Of a stretch of DNA of 64,000 bases, positions 38,014-46,286 are shown in pieces. Each line of letters opens with the position of its first letter. Positions within the stretch are counted from its first letter, which is position 1. The translations under genes and the position numbers were made by a program. The notes under the pieces are model-generated. The model made no database searches. It had not been told where the DNA came from and saw only the letters and a list, made by a program, of their open reading frames with translations. Origin of the DNA: an uncultured Gammaproteobacteria bacterium. Its GTDB lineage: Bacteria; Patescibacteriota; Microgenomatia; UBA10105; UBA927. The stretch lies in the NCBI GenBank assembly GCA_964394685.1, contig CAYMYO010000003.1:16218-80217 (forward strand), written 5' to 3'.

Positions 38014-39771
38014 ATGTTCCGCAAGCTATTTGTTACTTTGTTACTTTGTTACTTTGTTACTTTGTTTATTCATGCTCCCGTCTATGCTCAATCCTGTGAT
38101 TCTTCTTGTGCAAATACGATTGAGTGTCAACGGAAAATTGAAAAATGCCAAGAAGCGTGGGATCAAATGGAAGCAGCTAAAAAGCCTCATGTGGACTCGC
38201 TTCGAAAAATGGAAGCAGACATTATTGCATTTCAAAATAGAATTAAACTCATTGAATCGGAACTGGTTAAAAAAGCAGCAGCAATTCTATTAGGAGAGAA
38301 GGAACTTATTGGATTATTGGATGTGGCTGGACGCCGGATTCGACAATTCTATATGCGATCAACAAAATCCAATCCTGTGTTTATATTTCTTTCATCAACC
38401 AATGTCGGTTCAGCACTTCGCTCCTACGGCTATCAACAAGCAATTACCAATGAAGATAAAAAAGTCATCACCCAAACTGCGCTTCTTGTGAAGGATTTGG
38501 AGGATAAGAAAAAAACGTTAGAAGGAGAAAAAATTATGCTTGCTTCCATGAAAGAAGATGTAGATAGACGAGCGGTATCGATACGAAAGCTGGTTGGTGA
38601 TGCGAGTGCATATCAAACAAAATTGTCCGGCTTTATTGCATCTCTTTCTACTCAGCAACAGGAATTTTTAGGAGCAAAGCTATCTGGATTAAACTTACCG
38701 ACAAGTTTAGGCGCGGGACCACTTTATTGTACTGATGATCGAAAACTTGATCCGGGATTTTCTCCAGGATTTGCCTTTTTTACCTTCGGTATTCCACACC
38801 GCGTTGGAATGAATCAGTATGGAGCTTATGGCAGGGCTAAGACGGGCCAGGACTACAAAACGATTTTGCAGGCATATTTTAACGGGATTAGCTTTGAAAG
38901 CGGCAAGGAAGATATAAAAATTAAGATCCAGGGATATGGAGAGAGATCTTTGGATGAGTATTTGCTGGGAATTTACGAGATGCCGGAAAACTGGGACATG
39001 AATGCTTTAAAAGCCCAAGCAGTGGCAGCCAGAAGTTATGCTTTGGCTTACACCAATAACGGCCAGGGGGAAATTTGTACGACTCAAGCTTGTCAAGTGT
39101 GGAAGCCGGATAAAAAGACCGGACAGTGGCAACAGGCAGTGGAACAAACTAAGGGCGAAGTGATGGTCAATGGAGGGCAAGTGATCAAGGCCTGGTATTC
39201 GTCAACTGACGGCGGTTACACTTTTACTTCCGGTGATGTATGGGGTGGGGATAAGGCCTGGACGAAACGGCTTCGCGATACCAATGGAGACGTCAGTAAT
39301 TTTTCTGATTTGTTGTCTAAAGCATACGACAGGGATTCACCTTGTTTTTATGCAGCGCAAGGGTGGCGAAGTGAACACGGAAAATCTGCATGGCTTAAAT
39401 CTGATGAAGTTGCAGACATCGTAAATGTTATTCTTCTTGTGCAAAAAGATTCTTCTCGCGGATGTTATGTTTTTCAGCCAGACAAACCTCCTCCTTCTCC
39501 TGATCCCAAAAAAGGATGTCCGGTAACTGACAATTGGAGCGTAGATAAGGTTAAACAAGAACTTTCATCACGGGGAGTAACCCCATTTAATAATATAAAT
39601 AATATTTCTGTTTCAGTAGATTTTGGTGTGGGAACAACTTCTAATGTAAGTTTTTCTGGAGATGCCGGATCAGTCAGTTTTCCAGGAAGCGATTTCAAAA
39701 ACTATTTTAACCAAAGGGCCCCTGCTAATATTCAAATTGTCGGACCATTGTTCAACGTAGAACGGAAGTAG
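38014..39771 (+). CDS. SpoIID/LytB-domain peptidoglycan hydrolase with N-terminal coiled coil
   Basis: 'YL.GI.EMP..W...ALKAQAVAARSYA', 'C.T..CQV', 'H.VGM.QYGA'; ATG 38014 follows TACAAT. Confidence 0.85.
   Translation: MFRKLFVTLLLCYFVTLFIHAPVYAQSCDSSCANTIECQRKIEKCQEAWDQMEAAKKPHVDSLRKMEADIIAFQNRIKLIESELVKKAAAILLGEKELIGLLDVAGRRIRQFYMRSTKSNPVFIFLSSTNVGSALRSYGYQQAITNEDKKVITQTALLVKDLEDKKKTLEGEKIMLASMKEDVDRRAVSIRKLVGDASAYQTKLSGFIASLSTQQQEFLGAKLSGLNLPTSLGAGPLYCTDDRKLDPGFSPGFAFFTFGIPHRVGMNQYGAYGRAKTGQDYKTILQAYFNGISFESGKEDIKIKIQGYGERSLDEYLLGIYEMPENWDMNALKAQAVAARSYALAYTNNGQGEICTTQACQVWKPDKKTGQWQQAVEQTKGEVMVNGGQVIKAWYSSTDGGYTFTSGDVWGGDKAWTKRLRDTNGDVSNFSDLLSKAYDRDSPCFYAAQGWRSEHGKSAWLKSDEVADIVNVILLVQKDSSRGCYVFQPDKPPPSPDPKKGCPVTDNWSVDKVKQELSSRGVTPFNNINNISVSVDFGVGTTSNVSFSGDAGSVSFPGSDFKNYFNQRAPANIQIVGPLFNVERK
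38029..38066 (+). repeat. Tandem repeat (TTTGTTAC)x4.75 in the signal-peptide coding region
   Basis: Read directly from the sequence. Confidence 0.9.
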
Positions 39772-39794
39772 TATACTTATGTGAGGTATTTATC

Positions 39795-40391
39795 ATGTCA
39801 GAACGGACACGTGAGATAACCAAAACAAATCTTTTTACCGCGTTTGCGACGTGGCCCCCAAATCTTCGGTTTGAACATCAGGAAAAAAATGAAACAGTTA
39901 TTTTGTTTTTACGACAGCATCTCATTACAATTGTTCCGACTATGGCATTTGGAGTGCTCCTTATTTTTGCTCCTATGGTTTTATTCCCAGTGCTTTTAAA
40001 AATGTTATCGACGACAATCACTATACCGGTTGGATACATCATTGTCGGTACAATTTTTTGGTATACCGCATCGTTTGGAGTGATTCTGGCTAAATTTCTT
40101 CACTGGTTTTTTAATATTTTTATAGTGACAAACGACCGGATTATTGATATTGATTTTATTAATCTCCTGTATAAAGATGTCGCGGAAGCGCAGCTCTCAA
40201 GAGTGCAGGACATTTCGTATAATCAAAAAGGAATTTTTGGAACCATGTTTAATTATGGAAATGTCGTCATTCAAACTGCCGGAGAATTACCAAATTTTTC
40301 ATTTGAAATAGTTCCAAAGCCAAGTGAAGTAGTTGACATTGTCAGTGACGCAGCGAAATTGAAAACAAAGAATGGGGGAGACGGTCATTAG
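39795..40391 (+). CDS. Membrane protein with bacterial PH domain
   Basis: Two TM helices, then 'IVTNDRIID...VQDIS..QKG..GT.FNYG.V.IQTAG'. Confidence 0.75.
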   Translation: MSERTREITKTNLFTAFATWPPNLRFEHQEKNETVILFLRQHLITIVPTMAFGVLLIFAPMVLFPVLLKMLSTTITIPVGYIIVGTIFWYTASFGVILAKFLHWFFNIFIVTNDRIIDIDFINLLYKDVAEAQLSRVQDISYNQKGIFGTMFNYGNVVIQTAGELPNFSFEIVPKPSEVVDIVSDAAKLKTKNGGDGH

Positions 40392-40392
40392 T

Positions 40393-40614
40393 ATGGATAC
40401 ACAACAATTTACGAATATTGGGTGGATGGCAATAAAGATACTTACCATTGTCGGATTATCTTTCTATGCAATATATGGAGCAATTATCATCAGACAAGAA
40501 GAGCTCATGTCGAAGGTGCTCGCTGAAACGTCGGAGCCAATTTTACGGTTGCTGTCTATTATTCATTTTATTTCTTCTTTAGCTGTTATCGTTTTAGCCA
40601 TCATTCTTCTCTAA
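40393..40614 (+). CDS. Small 2-TM hypothetical protein
   Basis: Two hydrophobic helices; operonic position. Confidence 0.6.
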   Translation: MDTQQFTNIGWMAIKILTIVGLSFYAIYGAIIIRQEELMSKVLAETSEPILRLLSIIHFISSLAVIVLAIILL

Positions 40615-40639
40615 TTAAAACGTGATACGATAGAAATAT

Positions 40640-42379
40640 ATGCGAATCATTCCCATTGTTGGATCGGTGGTTGGTGCTACAACCACGTCTTTCTGGACCC
40701 AAACAATAAAAACAGAATTTGTGTACGGTGTCGTTGAAACAAATTCTCATTCAGAAAATGCTCAAATAATAGGAATGCAGGCAATTACTACAATCGTAGG
40801 TGTGTGTTCGAATCCAATTCAAGAGCTTTCGGTAATTGAAGCACTCGTTCGTGATGCATTAGCACCGGGCGTACAATCTATAGTCCTTTTTGTACCAGTT
40901 GGTTTGACAACACATGTTGTTATTGGTGGTGGAGGCGCTGTATATATAAAAAGGGAAGGACAATACGCAAAATTATTAGACAAAAGCGGATCTATTTCAG
41001 GAGTTGCTCAAAAAGGAGATATATTTATTCTTTTGTCTAAAACGTGCAGAGCCATTCTTCCAGAAGAAGAATTATTTAGTATTTTCGATCACTTATCAGC
41101 AGATGTTTTAGCTGAAAAGTTAACGCTCTGTTTACAAGGAAAAGAATCAATGTATGGTTGCGCAGCGCTTTTATTTGAAGTGAAAGATATACAAGAGGAT
41201 GAGTTGATACAACCGAAATTACATATATCATTCCCTTCGTTGAAAAAACGCCTTGTTAATCTTCGGCATATCAAGCAAACACCAGGGGCATGGATCACTA
41301 TGATCCTCATTGGTATATTTTTAATCAGCGTTATCGTTGGTATACGTCGCGAAATGATTTATAAACACGACACAAAACTGCAAGCAGTCGTACAAGAAGC
41401 AGAGCGTTTGTATGAAGAAGGACAAGCACTTCTTGAGCTAAATGGGGTAAAAGGAAGAGAACGTCTCATGGGAGCAAAAGCACTGCTTGCTCCCATTGCC
41501 GAAATTGTGACAGATAAGACAAAAGAAGAGCGCTATGCATCAGAATTATATGGACGCATTACTTCAACATTAACCACGGCAATGCATATTTATACACAAG
41601 AACCCCAAGTATTTTATGACGTGGAATTATTAAAACTTGGAGGTTTCATATCAACAATGGGTCTTTGGGGAGATACGCTTGTTATTGGAGACACATCTCA
41701 AAAAGCGGTCTATGCGCTTACTGTTTCATCTAAAACTGGAAAAATAATAGGTGGTGGAATGGGGTTTGAACAGGTATTTGCGGTTGATGCACAGGGGGAT
41801 ACGGTGTATGTGTTAACCCCTGATGGGATTCGTCAACTATCCATAGAAAATAAAAACATGATTGTGCAACGTATCAAAAAAAGTAGTGAATGGGGAAGCG
41901 TTGAGACGATGACGGTTTTTGGTGGAAATATATACTTACTTGATACAACAAAAAGCAGAATTTGGAAGTACATCGCTACTGAAAAGGCTTTTTCTGAACT
42001 TAAGGAATACCTTAATCCGGATACGCTTCCTGATTTAAGCAAAGCCACAGGAATGACTATTGATGGATCTGTGTGGATAGGAACGAGTGATGGAAAAATA
42101 CAGCGTTTTTCTCAGGGAAAAGAAAACACATTTGTGTATAAAGGAGTAGATCCGCCATTCGGGAAGGATTTGATACTTTTTACAAGTGATGAAACGAAAA
42201 ATCTTTATGTTCTTGACTCGCAAAACAAACGGGTAGTTGTTGTTGACAAAGACGGAATTTATCTTGCTCAATATATCTGGACAGGGGATATCATCCCAAG
42301 CCAATTGGTTGTAGCGGAAAAACAAGGTAAAATACTACTTCTGGCAACTGGAAAGCTTTATAGCCTAGATTTAAAGTAA
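40640..42379 (+). CDS. Membrane protein with degenerate PP2C-like N-terminus and NHL/beta-propeller C-terminus
   Basis: Central TM helix; repeated 'IYLLD', 'LYVLD...RVVV' propeller blades. Confidence 0.6.
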   Translation: MRIIPIVGSVVGATTTSFWTQTIKTEFVYGVVETNSHSENAQIIGMQAITTIVGVCSNPIQELSVIEALVRDALAPGVQSIVLFVPVGLTTHVVIGGGGAVYIKREGQYAKLLDKSGSISGVAQKGDIFILLSKTCRAILPEEELFSIFDHLSADVLAEKLTLCLQGKESMYGCAALLFEVKDIQEDELIQPKLHISFPSLKKRLVNLRHIKQTPGAWITMILIGIFLISVIVGIRREMIYKHDTKLQAVVQEAERLYEEGQALLELNGVKGRERLMGAKALLAPIAEIVTDKTKEERYASELYGRITSTLTTAMHIYTQEPQVFYDVELLKLGGFISTMGLWGDTLVIGDTSQKAVYALTVSSKTGKIIGGGMGFEQVFAVDAQGDTVYVLTPDGIRQLSIENKNMIVQRIKKSSEWGSVETMTVFGGNIYLLDTTKSRIWKYIATEKAFSELKEYLNPDTLPDLSKATGMTIDGSVWIGTSDGKIQRFSQGKENTFVYKGVDPPFGKDLILFTSDETKNLYVLDSQNKRVVVVDKDGIYLAQYIWTGDIIPSQLVVAEKQGKILLLATGKLYSLDLK

Positions 42380-42386
42380 TCTTTGT

Positions 42387-42836
42387 ATGAAAATAATAAA
42401 CCGAAAAGCATCCTATGACTACACGATCATTGACCGTATTGAAGCCGGTGTGAGTTTACTAGGAAGTGAAGTAAAATCTCTTCGGTCTGGTCACGGAAAA
42501 TTAGAAGGGGCATATGTAAAGATAGCAAGCGGAGAAGTGTTTTTAATCAACGCTGAAATAATGCCGTATAGTTATGCACGTCCGCCAGCTGGCGGGTATG
42601 ACCCAAAACGGACACGGAAGCTACTTTTGCATAAACGGGAGGTTATTAGCCTTCAAAACAAGCTGGATAGCGCTAAATTGACCCTTATACCCCTCTCCTG
42701 GTATACTAAGGGACCTCAAATCAAGCTCGAAATAGGACTCGCGCGTGGAAGAAAAGTTTACGAGAAACGAGAGAAAATGAAAAGGGAAGATCAAAAACGG
42801 GAACTAGAGCAAGATTTTCGAGGAAAAATAACGTAA
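42387..42836 (+). CDS. smpB: SsrA-binding protein
   Basis: 'NRKA..DY', 'EAG..L.G.EVKS', 'RTRKLLLHK', 'GRK.YEKR'. Confidence 0.97.
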   Translation: MKIINRKASYDYTIIDRIEAGVSLLGSEVKSLRSGHGKLEGAYVKIASGEVFLINAEIMPYSYARPPAGGYDPKRTRKLLLHKREVISLQNKLDSAKLTLIPLSWYTKGPQIKLEIGLARGRKVYEKREKMKREDQKRELEQDFRGKIT

Positions 42837-42885
42837 CGCTTCGTTTCCAATAAAGGGGTTTACCCTGAGGAGCGATAGCGACGAA

Positions 42886-43292
42886 GGGGATGAATGATTC
42901 GACGGGAATGCACATTAACAAACAGCAAGCCGACATTGTTAGATTGTCGTAAATTAACTATCAAAAAATACATGCTGATAACACTATCAGTAAACTTGAA
43001 GCGAAACTCGCTCAACTTGAGCAGGCATTAGCATTCAAGAATTCCCGAGCTTTTGCATTCGCACAAGCATAAGGAATCATCTGTGAATATCTGTTGTTCA
43101 GCGAGATTTTACAGGTGACAACATAGCTGGACCATCAGAAGGTAGATGACTGGTTACCTTTGGAGTATCTATTCAGTCAACCCCTCATTATTATTTTTGT
43201 CCATTTCTATAATGATGAGGAATAAAATGGACTACGCTTGTAGACGTTTGTTGTTTGCGTTTTCGGACCCGGGCTCACCCCCGGCATCTCCA
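42886..43292 (+). ncRNA. ssrA: tmRNA
   Basis: 5' GGGGATG...GATTCGAC pairs with 3' CATCTCC-A (G3:U wobble); internal tag ORF 42974-43072 ends in AFAFAQA*; lies directly after smpB. Confidence 0.92.
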
Positions 43293-43406
43293 CACTCCGC
43301 TCCGATAAAAAATCGGAGCTACGTGTGGCACGGCCATACTTTTATTACATGAATGTTTTATGTTATAAGAGCGGAGTGTGTCCCACGAAGCTTTAGCGAA
43401 GTGGGG
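43291..43406. repeat. Nested palindromes between tmRNA and the GIY-YIG gene
   Basis: CACACTCCGCTC/GAGCGGAGTGTG 12-bp inverted repeat, inner GCTCCGAT/ATCGGAGC, and CCCACGAAGCTTTAGCGAAGTGGG. Confidence 0.8.
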
Positions 43407-43408
43407 CT

Positions 43409-43645
43409 ATGTATTATGTTTATATTCTTCAATTAATTAATAAAACGTATTATATTGGTTTCTCTTCAGATTTATTATCTCGAGTTCAAAATCATCAACA
43501 AGGGTTGGTTTCACAAACAAAGAATTTTCGACCAATAAAATTGGTTTATTACTCCGCCTTTGATTCAAAATTAAAAGCACTTCATTTTGAATCATACTTA
43601 AAGACGGGTTCCGGTTTTGCATTTCGAAACAAACATTTTATTTAA
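43409..43645 (+). CDS. Small GIY-YIG nuclease
   Basis: 'YYVYIL...YYIG...L..R...H..G' and 'E.YLKTGSG'. Confidence 0.88.
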   Translation: MYYVYILQLINKTYYIGFSSDLLSRVQNHQQGLVSQTKNFRPIKLVYYSAFDSKLKALHFESYLKTGSGFAFRNKHFI

Positions 43646-43646
43646 T

Positions 43647-44312
43647 ATGCACCTTTTTGATCTTTTTTTCCCAAAGTTTTGTCTCGGGTGCGGGAAATTA
43701 GGATCATATATTTGTTTTTCCTGTTATTCAAAAATCCATAAGCTTCCATACCTAAAATGCCCCGTGTGTAGCCGTGCTTCCATTGATGGGATTACCCATC
43801 CTAGATGTAAAAAACAATTCGGTTTAGACAGACTGATAAGTTTTTTTCCATATATGGCAGTTATACAAAAAGCTATAAAAACGATTAAATATCGATATGC
43901 GCACAAAGTGACAGATGATTTATTACGCTACGCATCATTTTCCAAACTACCAAAACAATCATTATTTGTTCCCATTCCACTTCATCCGGCACGTCGTAGG
44001 CTTCGTGGATTTAATCAGGCTGAAATAATAGCTCGTCTATTGTCAAAACGTTTTAATATACCAGTTCAAACTGATATTTTGAAGCGAATTCGAAAAACAG
44101 TTCCGCAGGTCGATATGAAAAATCGGGAAAATCGGCTTTTCAACATGAAAGGCGTATTTATTGTGAACGAAGAGGTAATACCGTCAATACAACAAAACAC
44201 CATTATTTTAGTTGATGATGTCTATACAACTGGAGCAACCATGCAATCAGCATGCGAGGCGCTTAAACGTGCTGGCGTAAGAACTGTATGGGGACTGACA
44301 ATAGCACAGTAG
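43647..44312 (+). CDS. comF: ComF-family amidophosphoribosyltransferase-like competence protein
   Basis: Zn-finger Cys pairs, 'VPIPLH..R...RGFNQA', 'LVDDVYTTGAT'. Confidence 0.9.
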   Translation: MHLFDLFFPKFCLGCGKLGSYICFSCYSKIHKLPYLKCPVCSRASIDGITHPRCKKQFGLDRLISFFPYMAVIQKAIKTIKYRYAHKVTDDLLRYASFSKLPKQSLFVPIPLHPARRRLRGFNQAEIIARLLSKRFNIPVQTDILKRIRKTVPQVDMKNRENRLFNMKGVFIVNEEVIPSIQQNTIILVDDVYTTGATMQSACEALKRAGVRTVWGLTIAQ

Positions 44313-44350
44313 GGAAGCTTCTTGGTATAATGAAAGCCGAAGTTTGTATT

Positions 44351-44434
44351 GGAGAGTGGGCAGAACGGTAATGCACAGGTTTGCTAAACCTGCATCGCGC
44401 AAGCGGTGAGTGGGTTCGACTCCCACACTCTCCG
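44351..44434 (+). tRNA. tRNA-Ser(GCT)
   Basis: Acceptor GGAGAGT/ACTCTCC, anticodon arm CAGGT-TTGCTAA-ACCTG, long variable arm, TTCGA loop. Confidence 0.93.
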
Positions 44435-44456
44435 CAGCACCAAAAAATATAACATT

Positions 44457-44539
44457 GGAGGGGTGCTCCGAATGGTAAGGAACCAGTCTTGAAAACTGGC
44501 GCTCGCAAGGGCTTGCAGGTTCGAGTCCTGTCCCCTCCG
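44457..44539 (+). tRNA. tRNA-Ser(TGA)
   Basis: Acceptor GGAGGGG/CCCCTCC, anticodon arm CCAGT-CTTGAAA-ACTGG, long variable arm. Confidence 0.93.
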
Positions 44540-44611
44540 CCTTCGCCTCGCTAAAGCTCGGCTTCGGCGAGATGAAATCCGCCAAGACGAGCGAAAGCGG
44601 GTTTAGCTTAT

Positions 44612-44851
44612 ATGTATTATGTTTATATTTTGAAATGTTCAGACAATAGAACCTACTCAGGTTGCACAGATAATCTGAAAGACAGAATAGATAGACACAA
44701 TAAAGGCAATGTCCCCGCCACAAAAGATCGTCTTCCAATAAAACTCATTTCATATTTTGCTTTTTTAAACAAATATACTGCTTTCAACTTCGAAAAATAT
44801 CTCAAATCTGGTTCAGGAAGAGCGTTTCTAAAGAAACACAAAATTATATAA
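44612..44851 (+). CDS. Small GIY-YIG nuclease
   Basis: 'YYVYILKC...YSG.T..L..R...H..G' and 'FEKYLKSGSG'. Confidence 0.88.
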   Translation: MYYVYILKCSDNRTYSGCTDNLKDRIDRHNKGNVPATKDRLPIKLISYFAFLNKYTAFNFEKYLKSGSGRAFLKKHKII

Positions 44852-44855
44852 TTTT

Positions 44856-45518
44856 ATGAATACAACAGACATCCTTCAAGAACTAAAAAAACACAAAAAT
44901 CCTCAAAATGTTGCCGGCATGGCGCGGTTTGGGATTAATCCGAAGAATACTCTTGGTATTTCCATTCCATTACTTCGTGTACTAGCTAAGAAAATTGGAA
45001 AAGATCATGCTCTTGCACAGGAATTGTGGAAAAGCGATATCCATGAGGCACGGATTTTAGCAGCCCTAGTTGATGACGTTAATCTTGTAACACAAAAACA
45101 AATGGACCAATGGGTAGCCGACTTTGATAGTTGGGATGTGTGCGATCAGGTGTGTATGAATTTATTTGATAAAACGCCGTGGGCGTATGAAAAGGCGATT
45201 GAATGGGCCAGTAACAGGAAAGAATTTACGAAACGCGCAGGTTTTGCGCTTATGGCTGTACTTGCATTTCATGACAAGAAAGCAGAGGATAAAAAGTTTG
45301 ATCAGTTTTTTCCCATTATCGAGCGCGAAGCAATGGATGAACGAAATTATGTAAAGAAAGCAGTTAATTGGGCTCTTCGGCAAATAGGAAAACGAAACAA
45401 CACATGTATGAAGAAAGCAACAGTGTGTGCAAATAGACTCATAGAAATTGATAGCAAAAGTGCTCACTGGATAGCGTCAGACGCACTTCGAGAATTTCGA
45501 AAGAAATCTCTACGTTAA
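44856..45518 (+). CDS. DNA alkylation repair protein (AlkD-like)
   Basis: 'GISIP.LR', 'DSWDVCD', 'YVKKAVNWALRQIGK'. Confidence 0.85.
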   Translation: MNTTDILQELKKHKNPQNVAGMARFGINPKNTLGISIPLLRVLAKKIGKDHALAQELWKSDIHEARILAALVDDVNLVTQKQMDQWVADFDSWDVCDQVCMNLFDKTPWAYEKAIEWASNRKEFTKRAGFALMAVLAFHDKKAEDKKFDQFFPIIEREAMDERNYVKKAVNWALRQIGKRNNTCMKKATVCANRLIEIDSKSAHWIASDALREFRKKSLR

Positions 45519-45557
45519 CACTACTTTTTTTCTGCTTCTTGGTATATACTTTCTAGT

Positions 45558-46064
45558 ATGGATACTGATTCTGCCCCAAAAGAAGAAGTTGCTCTTACCT
45601 GGTCATCTCCTTCAAGATTATTTAAGCGCAGGGATAAGGAATATTTTACTAATATTGGTGCAATTGTATTTCTTCTTACGGTTATTCTCATATTTGCACG
45701 GGAATTTGTACTCGTTGGTGCCGTATTATCAATCGTATTTCTTGTCTATGTTCTTTCCACAGTTGCCCCAGAAGAAGTAAAGCATAGTATTTCCAATCTT
45801 GGCATTGAAAGTGCTGGACATTTTTATCGATACGAGGAGCTTGTAGAGTTTTGGTTTGAAGATCAATGGGGACAAACACTACTCATCCTAAGACCTATTA
45901 TTGGGTCAAGAATTATTATACTTCTTGGTGCAATAGAGAAACAGCGTGTTCAAGAAGCACTAAAACAATTTATTGCATATCGTGAACAACCGGAAAAGTC
46001 ATGGGTTGATAACGCCGCATCCTGGCTTTCTAAAAAAGTCCCCCTCGAAAAACCTCAATCGTAG
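45558..46064 (+). CDS. Hypothetical 2-TM membrane protein
   Basis: Two TM helices followed by a PH-like tail. Confidence 0.65.
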   Translation: MDTDSAPKEEVALTWSSPSRLFKRRDKEYFTNIGAIVFLLTVILIFAREFVLVGAVLSIVFLVYVLSTVAPEEVKHSISNLGIESAGHFYRYEELVEFWFEDQWGQTLLILRPIIGSRIIILLGAIEKQRVQEALKQFIAYREQPEKSWVDNAASWLSKKVPLEKPQS

Positions 46065-46105
46065 TGTTTAGCTGTTATTCGTAGTAAAATACACGCATAG
46101 CAATT

Positions 46106-46178
46106 GCGCCCGTAGCTTAATGGATAGAGCATTAGATTGCGGATCTAACGGTTGTGGGTTCAACTCCCGCCGGGCGCG
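46106..46178 (+). tRNA. tRNA-Arg(GCG)
   Basis: Acceptor GCGCCCG/CGGGCGC, anticodon arm TTAGA-TTGCGGA-TCTAA, TTCAA T-loop. Confidence 0.9.
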
Positions 46179-46184
46179 CAAGAA

Positions 46185-46231
46185 GCAGTTCCCTGCCTGC
46201 CGGCAGGCAGGGATTCTGCACAGGAACGCCA
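46185..46231 (+). pseudogene. tRNA 3'-half remnant (Arg-CCG-like) with a 20-bp palindrome inserted in the T-loop
   Basis: GCAGTTC[CCTGCCTGCCGGCAGGCAGG]GATTCTGCACAGGAACGCCA versus GCAGTCCGACTCTGCACAGGAGCGCCA at the 3' end of tRNA-Arg(CCG). Confidence 0.75.
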
Positions 46232-46233
46232 AG

Positions 46234-46251
46234 GGAGGGTTGGTTGAGTCG
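46234..46251 (+). pseudogene. tRNA-Ser-like 5' stub
   Basis: GGAGGGT-TG-GTTGAGTCG resembles an acceptor 5' strand plus D-arm start, and begins 2 nt after the CCA of the preceding remnant. Confidence 0.55.
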
Positions 46252-46280
46252 TTGACAGTAAGCACATTAACATTTATGAT
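46252..46280 (+). promoter_or_regulatory. Near-consensus sigma70 promoter of the LAGLIDADG gene
   Basis: TTGACA-17 nt-TATGAT, with the ATG 6 nt downstream. Confidence 0.8.
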
Positions 46281-46286
46281 GTTTAT

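Noticed and set aside
38810-39270. Apparent G-rich compositional patch inside the SpoIID gene (similar patch at about 24760-24960)
   Set aside because: Judged by eye only; could reflect amino-acid composition of conserved domains and cannot be supported without computation.
42863-42888. CCCTGAG...GAAGGG hairpin before tmRNA (similar at 50078-50096) as a separate ncRNA
   Set aside because: Too short; more simply a REP-like palindrome.
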